Notes: a model not told the origin generated them from the sequence alone. Positions 1-13,079 are shown, counted from the whole stretch's first letter. The stretch is 60,210 bases of DNA, filler included, from Sluysia triapertura (GCA_046118255.1; 5 parts of 5 records of this genome joined end to end with filler, not necessarily neighbours in it), one strand, 5' to 3'. Made by a program: numbers and translations.

Positions 1-89
1 ATGTAGTTGTAAAATAAAGATATAACTGTTGAGAAAATGATATTTTAATGAGATTAGGTTTAGAATTGTTGTATCTAAATTTTAAGTTA

Positions 90-650
90 TAAATGTTGGT
101 CACTACATCCCATACCATAACTGATCCTCCGCCACTAGTTCTCTTAGAAAATATTTCTTTTGAATCTTTTGGATAATGCTAATAGTTTTATAACCATCAG
201 GGCCATACAAATTAAATTTCTTCTCATGTGAAAATATTATATTGGTCCAGTCAGTGTGGGTTTAACGATTTTCCGCAAAGTTAATTCTTGCTATTTTATG
301 AGCATCAATAAGTAGATGTTTGACAAGCATTTTAATGAATTTGACCTAACCATTATTTTTAATATTCTCCATACTGAAGTTTAGCTCTCAATTTGACATT
401 ATGCGAGTTGTAAACAATTTTGTATTTTTAAACTACAAAACTCCTTATGAAACTCCTTTTCTTACGATTAGAAAGTACTATAGGACTTCTCATTTGTTTC
501 CATTGCTTTTACAGCCATTATCCAAATAATTTGATATCGCATGTCTTGATCTGTTTAACTTTTTTGCAAACTTGTAATACTTTCCTCTTTTTTGGAGTAA
601 GCATCAATCTTTCCTTTTTTGTATTAACGAAGTTTTAATCTACATTATAA
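90..650 (-). mobile_element. Decayed Tc3-like (Tc1/mariner superfamily) transposase fragment
   Basis: Minus-strand translation gives KGKIDAY...KLNRSRHAISNYL (Tc3 HTH: ISRSRHCIRVYL), LLIDAHKIARINFAEN, IIFSHEKKFNLYGPDG (Tc3: VVFSDEKKFNLDGPDG) and IFSKRTSGGGSVMVW (Tc3: FSRRNFGGGTVMVW). Stops, frameshifts and D->H at the first catalytic Asp. Confidence 0.9.
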
Positions 651-1678
651 GGTAAATATTAAAACAACATAAATATGCAAGGTTTTAGTGTATTGAATTT
701 TAATTTTTTCTTTTTGTTTATGTTGTGATTCCTTTCCAATCTTAGTCTTACTCACTTAAGGACTAAGTTGTAAGTAGCACTCAAGAAGAATTTAATCAAA
801 AGTATTTGCAAATATTAAAGTAAAAAATGAATGTAATCGTATTTTAATTTATAATTTAAAAGATTCTTTGTGTGTAAAAGCTCTAGACAATATTCTTTAA
901 ATAAATTTTATATTTTCTCTTTTCTTTTACAAAATTAACAATTATATGTTAAGTGGTATTTTACTACCGTATTGAAAAACAGTATCCTTAATAAAAAATT
1001 AGACTGAAAATTAAGTATATTTTTCAACCGAGTAAAATCGATGGGCCTTATTTCATATACAATAAAAGATAATATACAAATGAAGGTATATTCAAATAAA
1101 ATATAATATAACAATTATAATACAGGTTTATATGACTAGTACATAACCTAATTTTATGAAGTTTTTGAAATTTATAAATTTTATAACACCTATTAAAAAG
1201 GGTTGCTAAATTTAATAAAGATTTTACGTAAAAGTTTACGATCTTATATTAAAAAAGAGTAACTACAGAAATTAAACTAACGAATAAACCGTAGACAATA
1301 AGTATTCCAGGTAATGTGAACAGATGCAAACAAAATCCGAATAACAAATGTGAACAGTAAACAAGATCCAAATAATTTCCAGTTTAACAAAAAAACAGAT
1401 TTGTATCCGAGAAATATTTTTAAAAACTTTAATATAAAGTCTTTTGTGTGATTGTAATTGATAAATGTTTTATTTATATAATGTTTTGATGACCTTGAAC
1501 ATAATTCAAATAATTAGAATAATAATTTGGATACTTTAAAGAATTACAATACTAAATTTAATTTGGATACAGAATAAAATTATTTTAATTTTTATAATTT
1601 AATAATTAATTTATTACTATAATAATAATACAATTTATCACATCAATAATACCATTAAATGCAATAAATTTTATGTAT

Positions 1679-1750
1679 ATTAATGATTATTTTTAGAATG
1701 CAAAATTAATGATTATTTTTAGAATGCAAAATTAATGATTATTTTTAGAA
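1679..1750. repeat. Perfect tandem repeat, 26-bp unit x2.8
   Basis: ATTAATGATTATTTTTAGAATGCAAA at 1679 and 1705, partial third copy at 1731. Confidence 0.95.
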
Positions 1751-2123
1751 AAATCGATAATGACATAACTGCATATTAACATATACATTTTGACAAATAT
1801 AATGAAGGGAAGTCCTAATATAAAATAATGATATACTTACAAAAAATGACTTTACTTTTGAAACGAAATTTATTTAACTAAATGCAATATAGTAATTAAA
1901 AGTGTACTAAAATAGGAAACTATAAATAAATAATAACTTTAAGAAAATTGTAAAATTTATTTATTGCTTGAACATTAACATGATTAAATTTAAAATAATT
2001 TTTTTGTAGTTACAACAATTAGTTTATGCTTAAGGCTTTTAACAAAACTTAAATAATTCAATCCAAAATTTAATTAAAAGAACTTTTATTCAACCAAAAT
2101 AAAAATATAAAATAGAAACATAC

Positions 2124-2785
2124 ATAGATCATACACGATTCGTTCAGTAGTATCAGCACTTTGGTCATTTAAAAGTAAATCATTTCCGTATATTAAGTTA
2201 GATGCCAAATAATAACCAAATGATATAATATTGGTAGTTTAAGAAACAAATTCATTATAAATAATTGTAATATAGTGATCAGTAATAGTAGAACTTTATT
2301 GCATAATATGCATAAGAGTAAAATACCTTTTAAAGTTTTATCTAAATAATGATCAAAAAATCAGTTACATTTTTTGATGCATGTTTTTGAGGAAGATGAC
2401 GTAAGAGAGTTAGAACGTTTGACATAACTTGCATTCTTCAAACAACGAAGCTTATGTCTTCTTTTCTTTCTGTAGTTTTATTTACAGATGCAATAAAGTG
2501 CCCTAAATTTGTACCACATAAATAAGTGTTTATACCCGACAAAATGTAATATGGCAAGCAAAGTAATATACACCGAATTGTTAATTCAAAAGGAACCAGT
2601 TGATAATATAATTGTTTTGAATCATTTAACTTATTTATTTCATATAGATAATAATCACTTTTCAGATGAAGTTTAATAATTAAATAATATTTACACTGTT
2701 GTTTAAGAATAACATATTTAATCTCTGTCATTTTAATACAAAACCCGATTTTTTTGTCGCCCCTTAATAATTTTGCCGTTTGCAA
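2124..2785 (-). pseudogene. Innexin pseudogene (TM2-TM3 region)
   Basis: ORF 2438-2785 contains YYQLVPFELTIRCILLCLPYYIL (innexin signature YYQWVPFxLxxQAxLFxLP). Shifted frames downstream give NKVLLLLITILQLFIMNLFL (TM3, KxLYxxNxxxQLFxMNxFL) and FGYYLASNLIYG...ERIVYDL, ending at a GTATGT donor at 2123. Multiple stops and frameshifts. Confidence 0.8.
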
Positions 2786-4580
2786 TAAATGCTTTTAACC
2801 TGTATCGATTTAATTAATGATTTTGTCAATTTTTAATATTATATTTATTTTATAATTTCAGTCACATTAATTAGGAATTACCGATTTGTTATTATTAGAA
2901 TTAAAGAAAGAAGTATTAAAATGGATCTAAATTGTCAAAATACAGTTTTGAAACAGATAAATTTTAAAAAATGAAAGGAAATTCAAGCACAGTAATTATA
3001 ATAATGACGTTTTATATTCCATTTCATACAGAAATGTAAAAAAGATTGCAATTACTATTGAATCAATTAGCAATAATAATTAATAATGTTTCATAAAATA
3101 CTTTATTTTAAAAAATTACACTGACTATCTATAAAAGAATTGTAGTGTGACCTATTAAATGATAATAAAATTCACATTCACGCTCAACGAAAAAATCAAA
3201 AAAATATTAATTTCTATATAAATAAACTTAAAATAAATGAAGATCAGAACGCATAATAAACAATAATATAAATAATAATGGAATAAAGAGTTAGGAATAC
3301 TAAATCAAAATCGTAAATCATATTATTTCATTTCAAAAACAATTTGCATTATTTAAATAAAATTGAAATATATTCATATATTAGCACACTGTTAACTAAT
3401 AATAATAATGATAAAAAGATTCCGTTCTTAAAGTTAAGAAATTTTATAATAAATGCTTTATTTTAAATGATTAGAGTTTTTAGAATTTTAGAGTTCTAGA
3501 ATTTTGCACAATTATTTTTTAAAGTTCATTTCGTTTCATAACTATTGCAATTGATGATTTACAACAATTTTAACAATATAATCAAATAGAAGTAGCCAAA
3601 ATAATAACAATAAAAATAGTGATAAAATAAGAAAACAATAAAATATATTCAAAAGGAGGAAAAGAAAACCAAACATTGTAGCAACAAGAGTAGTTACGAT
3701 AGTAACGATAATAGTCATAACAGTAGCAATAACACATTATAAAAATAGTTATTATTATTACGATAATAGTTATTGTTATTTCAAACTTGTCAAATTTAGT
3801 TCTCGAAGTAATTATACTCGACAAAATATGCTTTTGATATTTCGATTAATCAACCGAAATTAATAGATTATACCTTCAAAAACTTGACGAAATACACCTG
3901 CATTAAATTTAATAAACTTAGGTTTATAGTTTAAAATTGTTACATTTTTTGTAATATTTTTTCACAGTATATCCATTATGACTATACCGATTATTATTTG
4001 AAATGGCCATATTATATTATAGAATGTACAATATATTCTCAATTTTGATTTAATATATTGGATTTGGCTATGAAACAGTTTATTATAGAATTTTTATAAA
4101 TTAATGATATGACCAGGTTACATTGTAAATTGAAATTAAAAATACTATTATTTACTTTACTGCTATTTTTATTTCTATAAATATTATTATTGTAACATAA
4201 TGTACGAAATTGATAGTTTAATTGCACAATTAATTTAAAAGTCAAATTGATATTTTTAATATTAAAAAATAAATAAATCAACAAATAAAAAATTTAATCA
4301 ACAAAAATTTAAATTTATTTTTTCAATAATTTAAAATTTATTTTAATTAAAATGTATTTGTTTTACTTAAAAATTATTTATTTTAATAATTAATTTAATA
4401 AATGTAAATATTACTTATAAAATTAAATGAAGCATGTTATTATTGGTTACAATATAATAATATTAATTATTCATATTGATTAATTGCATGGTTAACAGTA
4501 TTAGTTATTTGTAATGGTGTAATTGGTTATTTGTATAACTGAAATTAGATTTACATTTTAGTCCATATTGATTATTTTGA

Positions 4581-4710
4581 TGGAATTAAATTCTGATTTA
4601 TATTAACTATTTTGACTATTATATGGAATTAACTTTTGATTCATATTGACTGTTATGATTAGTATATGGACTTAATTTTGATTTATATTAACTGTTTAGA
4701 TTATAAATAC
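4581..4710. repeat. Degenerate minisatellite, ~43-bp unit x3
   Basis: TGGAATTAA(A/C)TT(C/T)TGATT(T/C)ATATT(A/G)ACT...ATA unit repeated three times with substitutions. Confidence 0.75.
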
Positions 4711-5437
4711 GGTATAACAAGCGGTTAATAACACTAATGAAATTAGAATATTTGTTACGCAATCGAAGTTAGAATATTTGACCACAAAGAAGAAAAGAAG
4801 ATACATTCAGTGAAAATATATTGGATACAGAACATCTAATTATATTTTTTTTATTTATACATCAGGTTTGTCTATCATATATTGTAATCATTATTTTATA
4901 AATTTATGTAAAATAAAAATATAAAATTGAGCTAAAATAAAATTCATTGTGTTTTATTGTTTTATTATTTGTTGATAAACTTAGGGTTCCGAATAGAGCC
5001 ATAAATTGAAATTCTATTAACATTAACTATAATTAAAAAAATTTGTCATTAGTATTTCGTACCAAAAGTCTAATTACATAATTAAGCACTTCTATCCTGA
5101 ACAAGAACGAGTATGTTAACTCGTACTTCCAGAAAATTTATCTAATTAATTAATATAAGATTAAGAAAATTAAGAGGTATATTTAAGTTTAGCTTTAAGA
5201 TTTGCATTATAAGAATACTATTAAATAAACTTAGTTCATTAATTAGAAATAGATTTGGATTGTAATTATAGGATATAAGTTCATTTCGAGTATATAAAAT
5301 ATTAAGCTGCATTCAAACACACTTAAATTTCACGAAATCTCAAAAGTAATTTAAAGGCCAAAACACAATGCAAAATTTTAGAGATTTAGCATAAGCAAAA
5401 TTTAAATTTACAATAATATATAAAGAAAAAATTATTA

Positions 5438-5439
<2 letters not shown>

Positions 5440-5484
<45 letters not shown>
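5440..5484. repeat. (TTA)n microsatellite
   Basis: Direct read of the trinucleotide run. Confidence 0.95.
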
Positions 5485-5486
<2 letters not shown>

Positions 5487-5899
5487 AAATTATAAGTGAA
5501 TTTACTTATTCATAATTATAGTAAATCCTATAAATTTGAATTTGTCTTCCATAATTTGTACATTCACAAAATCTTTTTAATGTCATTCTTGTTTTTGTTT
5601 AATCAAAACATTTTCCAATTTAAAGGAATTCAATTTAAATTTAATTGTTATAGTGTTTATTTTTATTTGAAGTTTTTAAAAGTCCTTTATTATTCTTACA
5701 TAACAAATTTTCTCTATTATTATAATAGAATAATTTGCATAAATATTTATAATCTATATGAATTGGTATAATAAATTTAAAAACAATTTCCCTTATTATT
5801 ATCATTAAAACATTCTTTATTTTAATTTAATAATCTTTGAAGATTATTTCCTTGCAAAACATAGATTGAATATGTAACATTGATTATCATATTAATTTT

Positions 5900-6480
5900 G
5901 AACTTTTAAATTGAAATTTATTTTATGTGGTACTTAAAAACAAGAACTTTGCTAATGTTGGTGATATAAAAATAAATATAAAATTCTTGCTAAATATAAA
6001 ATGTTGATAAAATGTTGATAAAATGTTTATTACTAACTAATTCAGATACTTCTAATTCTATTTAACTTAATTATGTATTTATCTTATTTTCACATTCATT
6101 CTGAAATCAAATCTCTTTTGTTTCAAGATGCACTTGCATTACTTAATTTATTTCATTTAAATATAACATTAATTTGAAAAACATTTAAAATATTATTGAA
6201 ATAATTACTTAAATTTGAAGCATTTTAATTATATTTTTATTATTATACATTTAATATTGATTTTTCTTTAAATACACAATAATATCACTTTCTTACTATT
6301 GATTTTACAATTTCTCCACGTTTTCTTTATCTAATTTAGTTAATTCTATAATATTTTTATATTTTTCTAATCCATCTTTTTTCTTTTTTCATCTTTTTTT
6401 CTAATTCATCTATTGGACATACGAATAACAACTTTTATAAAAGTTATTTATAACATTTGAAGTGTTTCCACTTTAGTAAT
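5900..6480 (-). pseudogene. Possible decayed SF2-type helicase fragment
   Basis: Ordered motif-like remnants across frameshifts: SGNTS (Walker A xSGKT), LLFVCPIDEL (motif Ia), SDIIV, LYLNE (Walker B-like), FLFLSTT (motif III SAT-like). Confidence 0.3.
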
Positions 6481-7999
6481 AAATTTTTTTAATATTTAAA
6501 AATGTTTAATTTTTTCTTAATTCACAAAATTGTTATTATTCCTTCTAAAAATAAGTCGCTATAAAATAGTAGGCCTTCATAATCGTATGAAAACTAAAGC
6601 AAAAAGGAAATTTCTTGCAAAAATTTAGGCTCAAGAATCGTAATTCATTTCTACATTATCTATTCAAGTCAATAATATCTCTATAATCATTTTTAACATC
6701 TTATGGTTTATAATAACGAATTTATCATCCGGAGCTGCATATCTAAGTCTCATTAATTGTTTTCTAAGTCGTAAGTTTTATTCGTGAATGTTAGTAAATG
6801 TTAAAATCATACGTAAATTTTAATTATATTTTACAGATACATTAAATTACAAATAAATACTAAGACTCTGTGCTTTAAATATTATATAATTCATTTTATA
6901 TAATTTTTCATATTGATATAAATTCCCAAAAAGTGTATTGAATTTCTGTATTTAGTTACAATATATTTAAATGAATTGGTTATTATTCCTTCATTATCAA
7001 GGATCAGAAACCCTTTGAAATGCAGTTATTTGTGCAAGTACATTCATATTAATGTACTTTATTATTAATGTACTTTATTATTAATACTTTCTTTATTAAT
7101 GTTTTGACAAGAATAATAGTAAATTAAATATATGAGTTCACCAACATATCCAGTCTTACCAGTTAGGGCTAACCGTTGGATTTAAAGTAAAATAACATTT
7201 TTTCGAGGTTTAATATTTGGTGAAACTATATACTTTTTGGATTTTACTGTGGATCCTTTGTAAATAGATCCTAAAGAAGATTTTAATTATAATTAATGTT
7301 TCTAATTAAAATGAACCCGCTAAAATATACTATTTTACTTTGGTTTTTAAAATTATAAAAGATTTTAATAAAATTTTCTTAGGTTTAATTAAACTAAACC
7401 TTCTTAAATCAAAGTTAAATCAAATAACACTAAGGCATATTATAATAAATGTAGTACATGAATAAAACTTTTATTACAATGTCAAAAAATAAGTGATTTT
7501 AAATAAAGTTTACTTTGCGAACTAAATTGTCGTGCAACCTATAAAATAAAACTAACGATAATTAACAATTTATAATCCGAGTTAAAACTGCGAAGCTGTG
7601 AACTGATTAAAGTAATTTCAAAAAACTGTAAAATTCGAAAAAAACTTGTAAAAATTTGTCAAAAAATTGTGAATCTAATGTTAGAATGTGGTTACTCATA
7701 TACTAAATATTTACTGAACTTGACTAAGCAATTAAAAGTTTTATACATACTTTAATTTAGTTTAATTAATTAATTTATTTTTATTTTAACTCGGTTTAAT
7801 TAATTATCTATTACTAATTTCATTTTTCTTAAATAAAATCTTTTAAAATACTTACATTCCAAAGTAATTAATTAACTCCAATAATTATTCATAAAATAAT
7901 CACATAATAAATAATCAATATTTCAATGTTTAATAATGAGATATTTAATTGTACACTCATTGGCTCTCATTAATGTTAGCATTAGTAAGTGTTAAAATT

Positions 8000-8774
8000 T
8001 TCCAAATTATAATTGTTTGTACCTCTAAGATTTTATATCTAAAATTCGTAACTTCACCTTATAATTTAGTACTCAGGCTATTTGTCAGGCCTCAAAAAAC
8101 TTAGTTATTAAGATAAAAATAGCACGTTATAAGGAAATTTATTAAGGATGTACAGACTACCTTAACTGATAAAAGAAGAAATAACCAACAATACTAAGTA
8201 GAATAAGTGCCATCTGATAAACAAAATCCTGAAATATTTAATTGCTAATTACAAACAAACTAGTGAAATATCTGTACGAGTGTATTCCATTAGGATTTAA
8301 GTCATCTACTATATGCGAATTTTTATTTTATGTCTTATAAATATGTTTCCACATACAATTTTTAATAAGAATATGCAAAAAATAAGTTTAAATGTTATAT
8401 TCATATTATTATTTATTAATGCTACTATAATTAATTGATAACTAGTAATATAGATTTTAACAATGATACATTGTTCTGAATTTCATATAGAAAACTGCAA
8501 AAATTACAATTAATAATGAATGAATCAGCAAAATTAAGTTTCTAAGTAAGAAAAAGATCTTATAAAACACCTTATTAAAGAATAGAAGTACTGAATGTTT
8601 CTTGAAAATAATAAAAATTAAGAAAACAAAATTAATGTCATTAAGATATTTGGGCAGCATCCACAGTGATGATAAGCTAAATGATAGGTTATAATACCGT
8701 TTATGTTTCAAAAATACACAACAAACTACCAGAAAAATTAATGGAAGATTATGAAATATTTAAGAAAAAGGCAA
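8000..8774 (+). mobile_element. Decayed non-LTR retrotransposon (L2/Crack/CR1-like) ORF2 3' region
   Basis: Ends HNKLPEKLMEDYEIFKKKA (WNxLP...FKxxLK C-terminal motif). Shares GAAGATTATGAAATATTTAAGAAAA(A/G)GGCA with the inverted copy near 50430. Confidence 0.6.
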
Positions 8775-8916
8775 NNNNNNNNNNNNNNNNNNNNNNNNNN
8801 NNNNNNNNNNNNNNNNNNNNNNNNNNNNNNNNNNNNNNNNNNNNNNNNNNNNNNNNNNNNNNNNNNNNNNNNNNNNNNNNNNNNNNNNNNNNNNNNNNNN
8901 NNNNNNNNNNNNNNNN
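8775..8916. other. Assembly gap (142 N, no linker)
   Basis: Run of N. Confidence 0.99.
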
Positions 8917-9473
8917 GTAATAGTAGTAATAGTAGTAGTAGTAGAATTATTACTATATTGTTTTTTATTTCAGAAAAGATCCAATGATGAATTATTGCAA
9001 AAAGTACAAAGTTTGACACAAATTTGCCAAGCAAAAGATAAAGAAATTGAATGCTTAACGAATCAATTAACGTCCATAAGACGTAGAACACAAAACCTTG
9101 ATAACACTAAATAATTTGTACAATATCGTTATTAATTATACACCAATTATACAACAATTATACAATGTTGACAAATAAAAATTGAAAAATAAACTTTAAA
9201 AACGATCAAAACTAATTAATATTTCTAATAAAACTAATTAATATGCCTTTTTTTCTTTGCTTTACGTAAATATTAATTAAGCCATTTAATAAACTTTGTA
9301 CGGAAGCAGAAAATATCAGTTGTAAAATAAAATTTTTCAAAAAATTGATGATGATTAAAACAAATTTGAAAATATTTTATATTTATATTATTGAAAATTA
9401 TTTTTACTGAAGTACAATTATTTATTATTTATATTTTAAGATTTGTACATAAATATAAATGTCTTTGTTAAAC

Positions 9474-9476
<3 letters not shown>

Positions 9477-9530
<54 letters not shown>
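9477..9530. repeat. (TTA)n microsatellite
   Basis: Direct read. Confidence 0.95.
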
Positions 9531-9533
<3 letters not shown>

Positions 9534-9544
9534 AACTAAAATTG

Positions 9545-10735
9545 TAATGTTCTCCAAAATCAGAATCAATGTCATTGGTTCACTTTCCCAGTGATTTGTT
9601 GATGAAATTAGTGTTTTCTATTGCCAATACATACTTAATCCCTTGGACTTGACTTAGCCGAAATTCATTAGTCAAACCAATACAATCAAATCGTGACAAG
9701 TCCAGTTCTCTATCTTCTAATAATGATTGATGTTATTAATTAATTTTACATTGTACGTTCTTTTCTATTTTTTAATAAACACTTCTCTTTTTAAAATGAC
9801 ATTTAGTAACACTACATTTCTTCATATAACCATCAATTTAACTTCTGATATGATACGTCACCATTCGTTATTTTGATTAAATAGGTATTTTTATTACTCA
9901 ACAAGTTTAATTCTATCATATGGTTTGAGCGTTTTGATTGGCTGTTCCAAGGTGGAATATAATTTTTATTGGTTGATTGTTGATGAATCAGAAAAATCTG
10001 AAAAACTAAAATAGCCACTAAAATCTTCTTAAGTGAAATAATTTCCGTAAGCTATCTTTGATTCTTCGACAGTTAATTTATTTTGATACCGATATTTGTG
10101 AGAGTTATTATTAACATTGTGGTATGAAATTGATGGTTTTTGAGCTAATTCTGGTTTTATCTACATTATCAACAATTATTTGATCACAAAGTCAGACAGA
10201 ACACAGGCTGGTGAATCGTAATATTCACGTCTATTAAAGTTTTACACACTTTCTACAAAGTATGTAAACATATTGAGAATCAGATCGTTGATTATAGAAT
10301 TCGAAAATTATTCGAAGGTTTTCTTTATTTCTGACAATTCAGTTAATGACCATTCATTATGTATATCGTCTGTTAATTTATTAGAAATTGGAAACACATT
10401 AAACAAGTCTATCAAATTAGAATTAAAAAATCGTAATTCAACAATAATTGAACAAAATTTGTGTGTGATGTCTGTTAATTGGTCGCTTAAAATCATTAAG
10501 ATTATCAAGATGTATAAACAATTATTATTATCAAAGCTAAGAAAACAATCATAATTTCTAATAATAAAATTATTACGTTCTCAGAAAATCCGTGAGAGGG
10601 GGGATGATTTGTCACAACATTGATTAAAAATAAAACGATAATTACAAAACTTTTCATCAAAACTATCTTCAATAATAATGAGTTTAAGCAAAAATAAATC
10701 TGAACGTTCAGAAATAATAATTTGATCGTCATTTA
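9545..10735 (-). pseudogene. Decayed intronless ORF of unknown family (~390 codons)
   Basis: A largely single minus-strand frame reads as protein-like sequence (NDDQIIISERSDLF...HNEWSLTELSEIKKTFE*...YYDSPACVLSDF...LLEDRELDLSRFDCIGLTNEFRLSQ) broken by scattered point stops. GC is above the flanks. Confidence 0.45.
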
Positions 10736-11177
10736 GCAAAAGGGTCAGAAATATTACTAATATACAAACTGAAATCCATCTAGTAAAATATGTATATATG
10801 AGTCATTTTCAATCTATAAATTGTAACTAAATAATTTTCATTTTTGTAAAACAATTTGTATGCAACTATTACCGATATCGATACTTAAAACCACACTAAA
10901 AATCAATTTTAATTAAACCTTTTAATTCCCGATTTGCTGAAGGTTAAAATCATTTCTCAAATACTTCATATTTATAAAAATTAAAGACCTTAACAAAGTT
11001 TTCATTTTAATTGTTTTATTTTTTATTTCTTTTGCTCTAATTGCAGCTTTATTATTACGAACAATTTGTAACTAATTAAATAACCACAATTTGTTAATAA
11101 AACAGAAGAACTAGTATCTGAATTGATAAAATGGTTTGGAAATAAATACTTGAAAATAATCAATGAAGAAAAGTCAG

Positions 11178-11277
11178 NNNNNNNNNNNNNNNNNNNNNNN
11201 NNNNNNNNNNNNNNNNNNNNNTTAATTAATTAANNNNNNNNNNNNNNNNNNNNNNNNNNNNNNNNNNNNNNNNNNNN
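11178..11277. other. Assembly gap with artificial TTAATTAATTAA linker
   Basis: N44-TTAATTAATTAA-N44, 100 nt, same layout as the three other gaps. Confidence 0.97.
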
Positions 11278-11279
11278 AA

Positions 11280-11700
11280 AAAAGAAATGTATACCATATT
11301 TTGGAACAGAGGGAGCAAAATGGAAGTATCGTCTAAGTATACTGAATCACCATTAACTATTTTCTTTTCAAAAACCTGAAAAAGTGCATTCTTTTAGTAA
11401 CGAATATTTATCAAAACACTTGAAAAAGAAGCCCCTTTCAACTAATCCCAAGGATATTCAGATTTATGTAAATCAAACATTGAGTCGGTGCATATTCAGA
11501 ATATGCTTTCATTGTTGTCAAGAGAATTCCGGTTATGTAAACATTACACATTTTCGTTTTCAATCAATTTTGTGTAAATGAAAAGAATTCCTTTCAAAAA
11601 CCAAGTTATTTTGAAAATTACGCATTTTTTAAAATTCAAATGTGTCACTTATTATCAGTCTGCTGTCACCAGTGTAAAACCAATATGTGTATTTATAGTC
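11280..11700 (+). pseudogene. Possible decayed PET/LIM (Testin/Prickle-like) fragment
   Basis: CIPYFGTEGAKWKYRL resembles the PET motif (testin QPVAGSEGAQYRKKQL). It is followed by KKKPLS...CFHC, LCK*KEFL and KCVTYY...VKPIC, which resemble LIM1 remnants. Confidence 0.35.
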
Positions 11701-12216
11701 ATATTTGTGTTAATTTTTTTCTATTCTAAAACAATGTTTTATTAGCAATCGTTCTGGTTTTTCGAATATTAAATTTCACCCAAAACCATAAACAAATTCC
11801 ATTAAAACAATGAATTCCAAGAAATATTAAATAATATTACTCAAAGCAGATTATGTATACCATCTTCATTTTATGTAAACTCCAAATCAAATCCTATTAG
11901 ATCACCTGAATTCAACAATATAATTAATATTTATTCAAGAAATATTAACACTTTCCTGCAACCCCAACAATGTTGACATCGGCTTTCTATAAACAAAAGT
12001 TCAAACAAGCAAATACTAATGGTACTAATAATGATACACAAAGATACAATTACTGTGATTTATTCAGATACAATTAGACAAATTCTTTGAAAGGTGATGA
12101 ATTATTCAGCCCCACTAAGTCATAGCCAAAGCAGTCACCACTACTTTCCCAAATGATTCAATTCACAAATGAAGAAGAAAACAATCATAAATTTTTTAAA
12201 TACGAAAATTCTTATT

Positions 12217-12218
<2 letters not shown>

Positions 12219-12291
<73 letters not shown>

Positions 12292-12300
12292 AATGATAAT
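12219..12300. repeat. Compound (TAA)n/(TAATGA)n microsatellite
   Basis: Direct read. Confidence 0.95.
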
Positions 12301-13079
12301 GTAAAATAATGATCATTTTGGTTTTAATTAAAATTTTAAATTCATTTTTAATTTTCATAAATTTAGAATTTATTTTCACATTTTCATTTTCAAAATAAAT
12401 TAAAAATTATTACTAAGATCATAATGCTTTCATATTAAATTCAAATGAGATTAAGTAGAGATAATATAAATTCAAAATTTAGTAAAAAATTACAATCAAT
12501 TTTAAATTGAAATTGTATAAATAATCAATCTAAAACGAAATTCAATAAAGTCAATATGAAATTAAAATTTATAAACATCAAACTTTACTACTATAGTTAA
12601 TAAATCATTTAAAAATAAGAATCAATAATAATAATAATATGAAATCAAACTTTAAGATCATAAAACATGATTTAGAATATTACGATAAGTAAGAAAAAGG
12701 CATACTAAATTGATATTAAATAGATCTAATATGTAATCAGAAATTAATAACATTATTCTCGTTCAAAATTAACTCAAATTGTGATTCAGATATAATAAAT
12801 AAAATGTATATGTAATCGAAATTTAAGAGCATTATAATCGAGTAAAATCATTTTAAATAAAAATAATATTAAATCAAAATTTAATAATACAGAATTCAGA
12901 ACGGAAATTCAAATTCTACTTTACTAATGGTAATGAAAACAATAATTATAACAATTTGTTTGTAATAATATTGTAAGTGAATAACATTGAACATTAGTTA
13001 TTAGTTAACTCAAATAGAAGTAACGATAACTTATGTCACCCATTTCAGGTTGATAACGAAAATAAATAAAATATGAGTA

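Noticed and set aside
8260-8320. LYECIPLGFKSS as a Ty3/gypsy RT (MPFGL) motif
   Set aside because: No YxDD follows, and downstream sequence and the paralogous copy fit a non-LTR ORF2 C-terminus better.
8681-9091. ORFs spanning the N gap
   Set aside because: They are open only because N translates to X.
11222-11233. TTAATTAATTAA as a biological palindrome or PacI-like site
   Set aside because: It is centred identically in four N gaps, so it is an assembly spacer.
12400-12900. CRISPR-like repeat-spacer appearance
   Set aside because: Repeats are highly degenerate, spacing is irregular, the context is eukaryotic and there are no cas genes.
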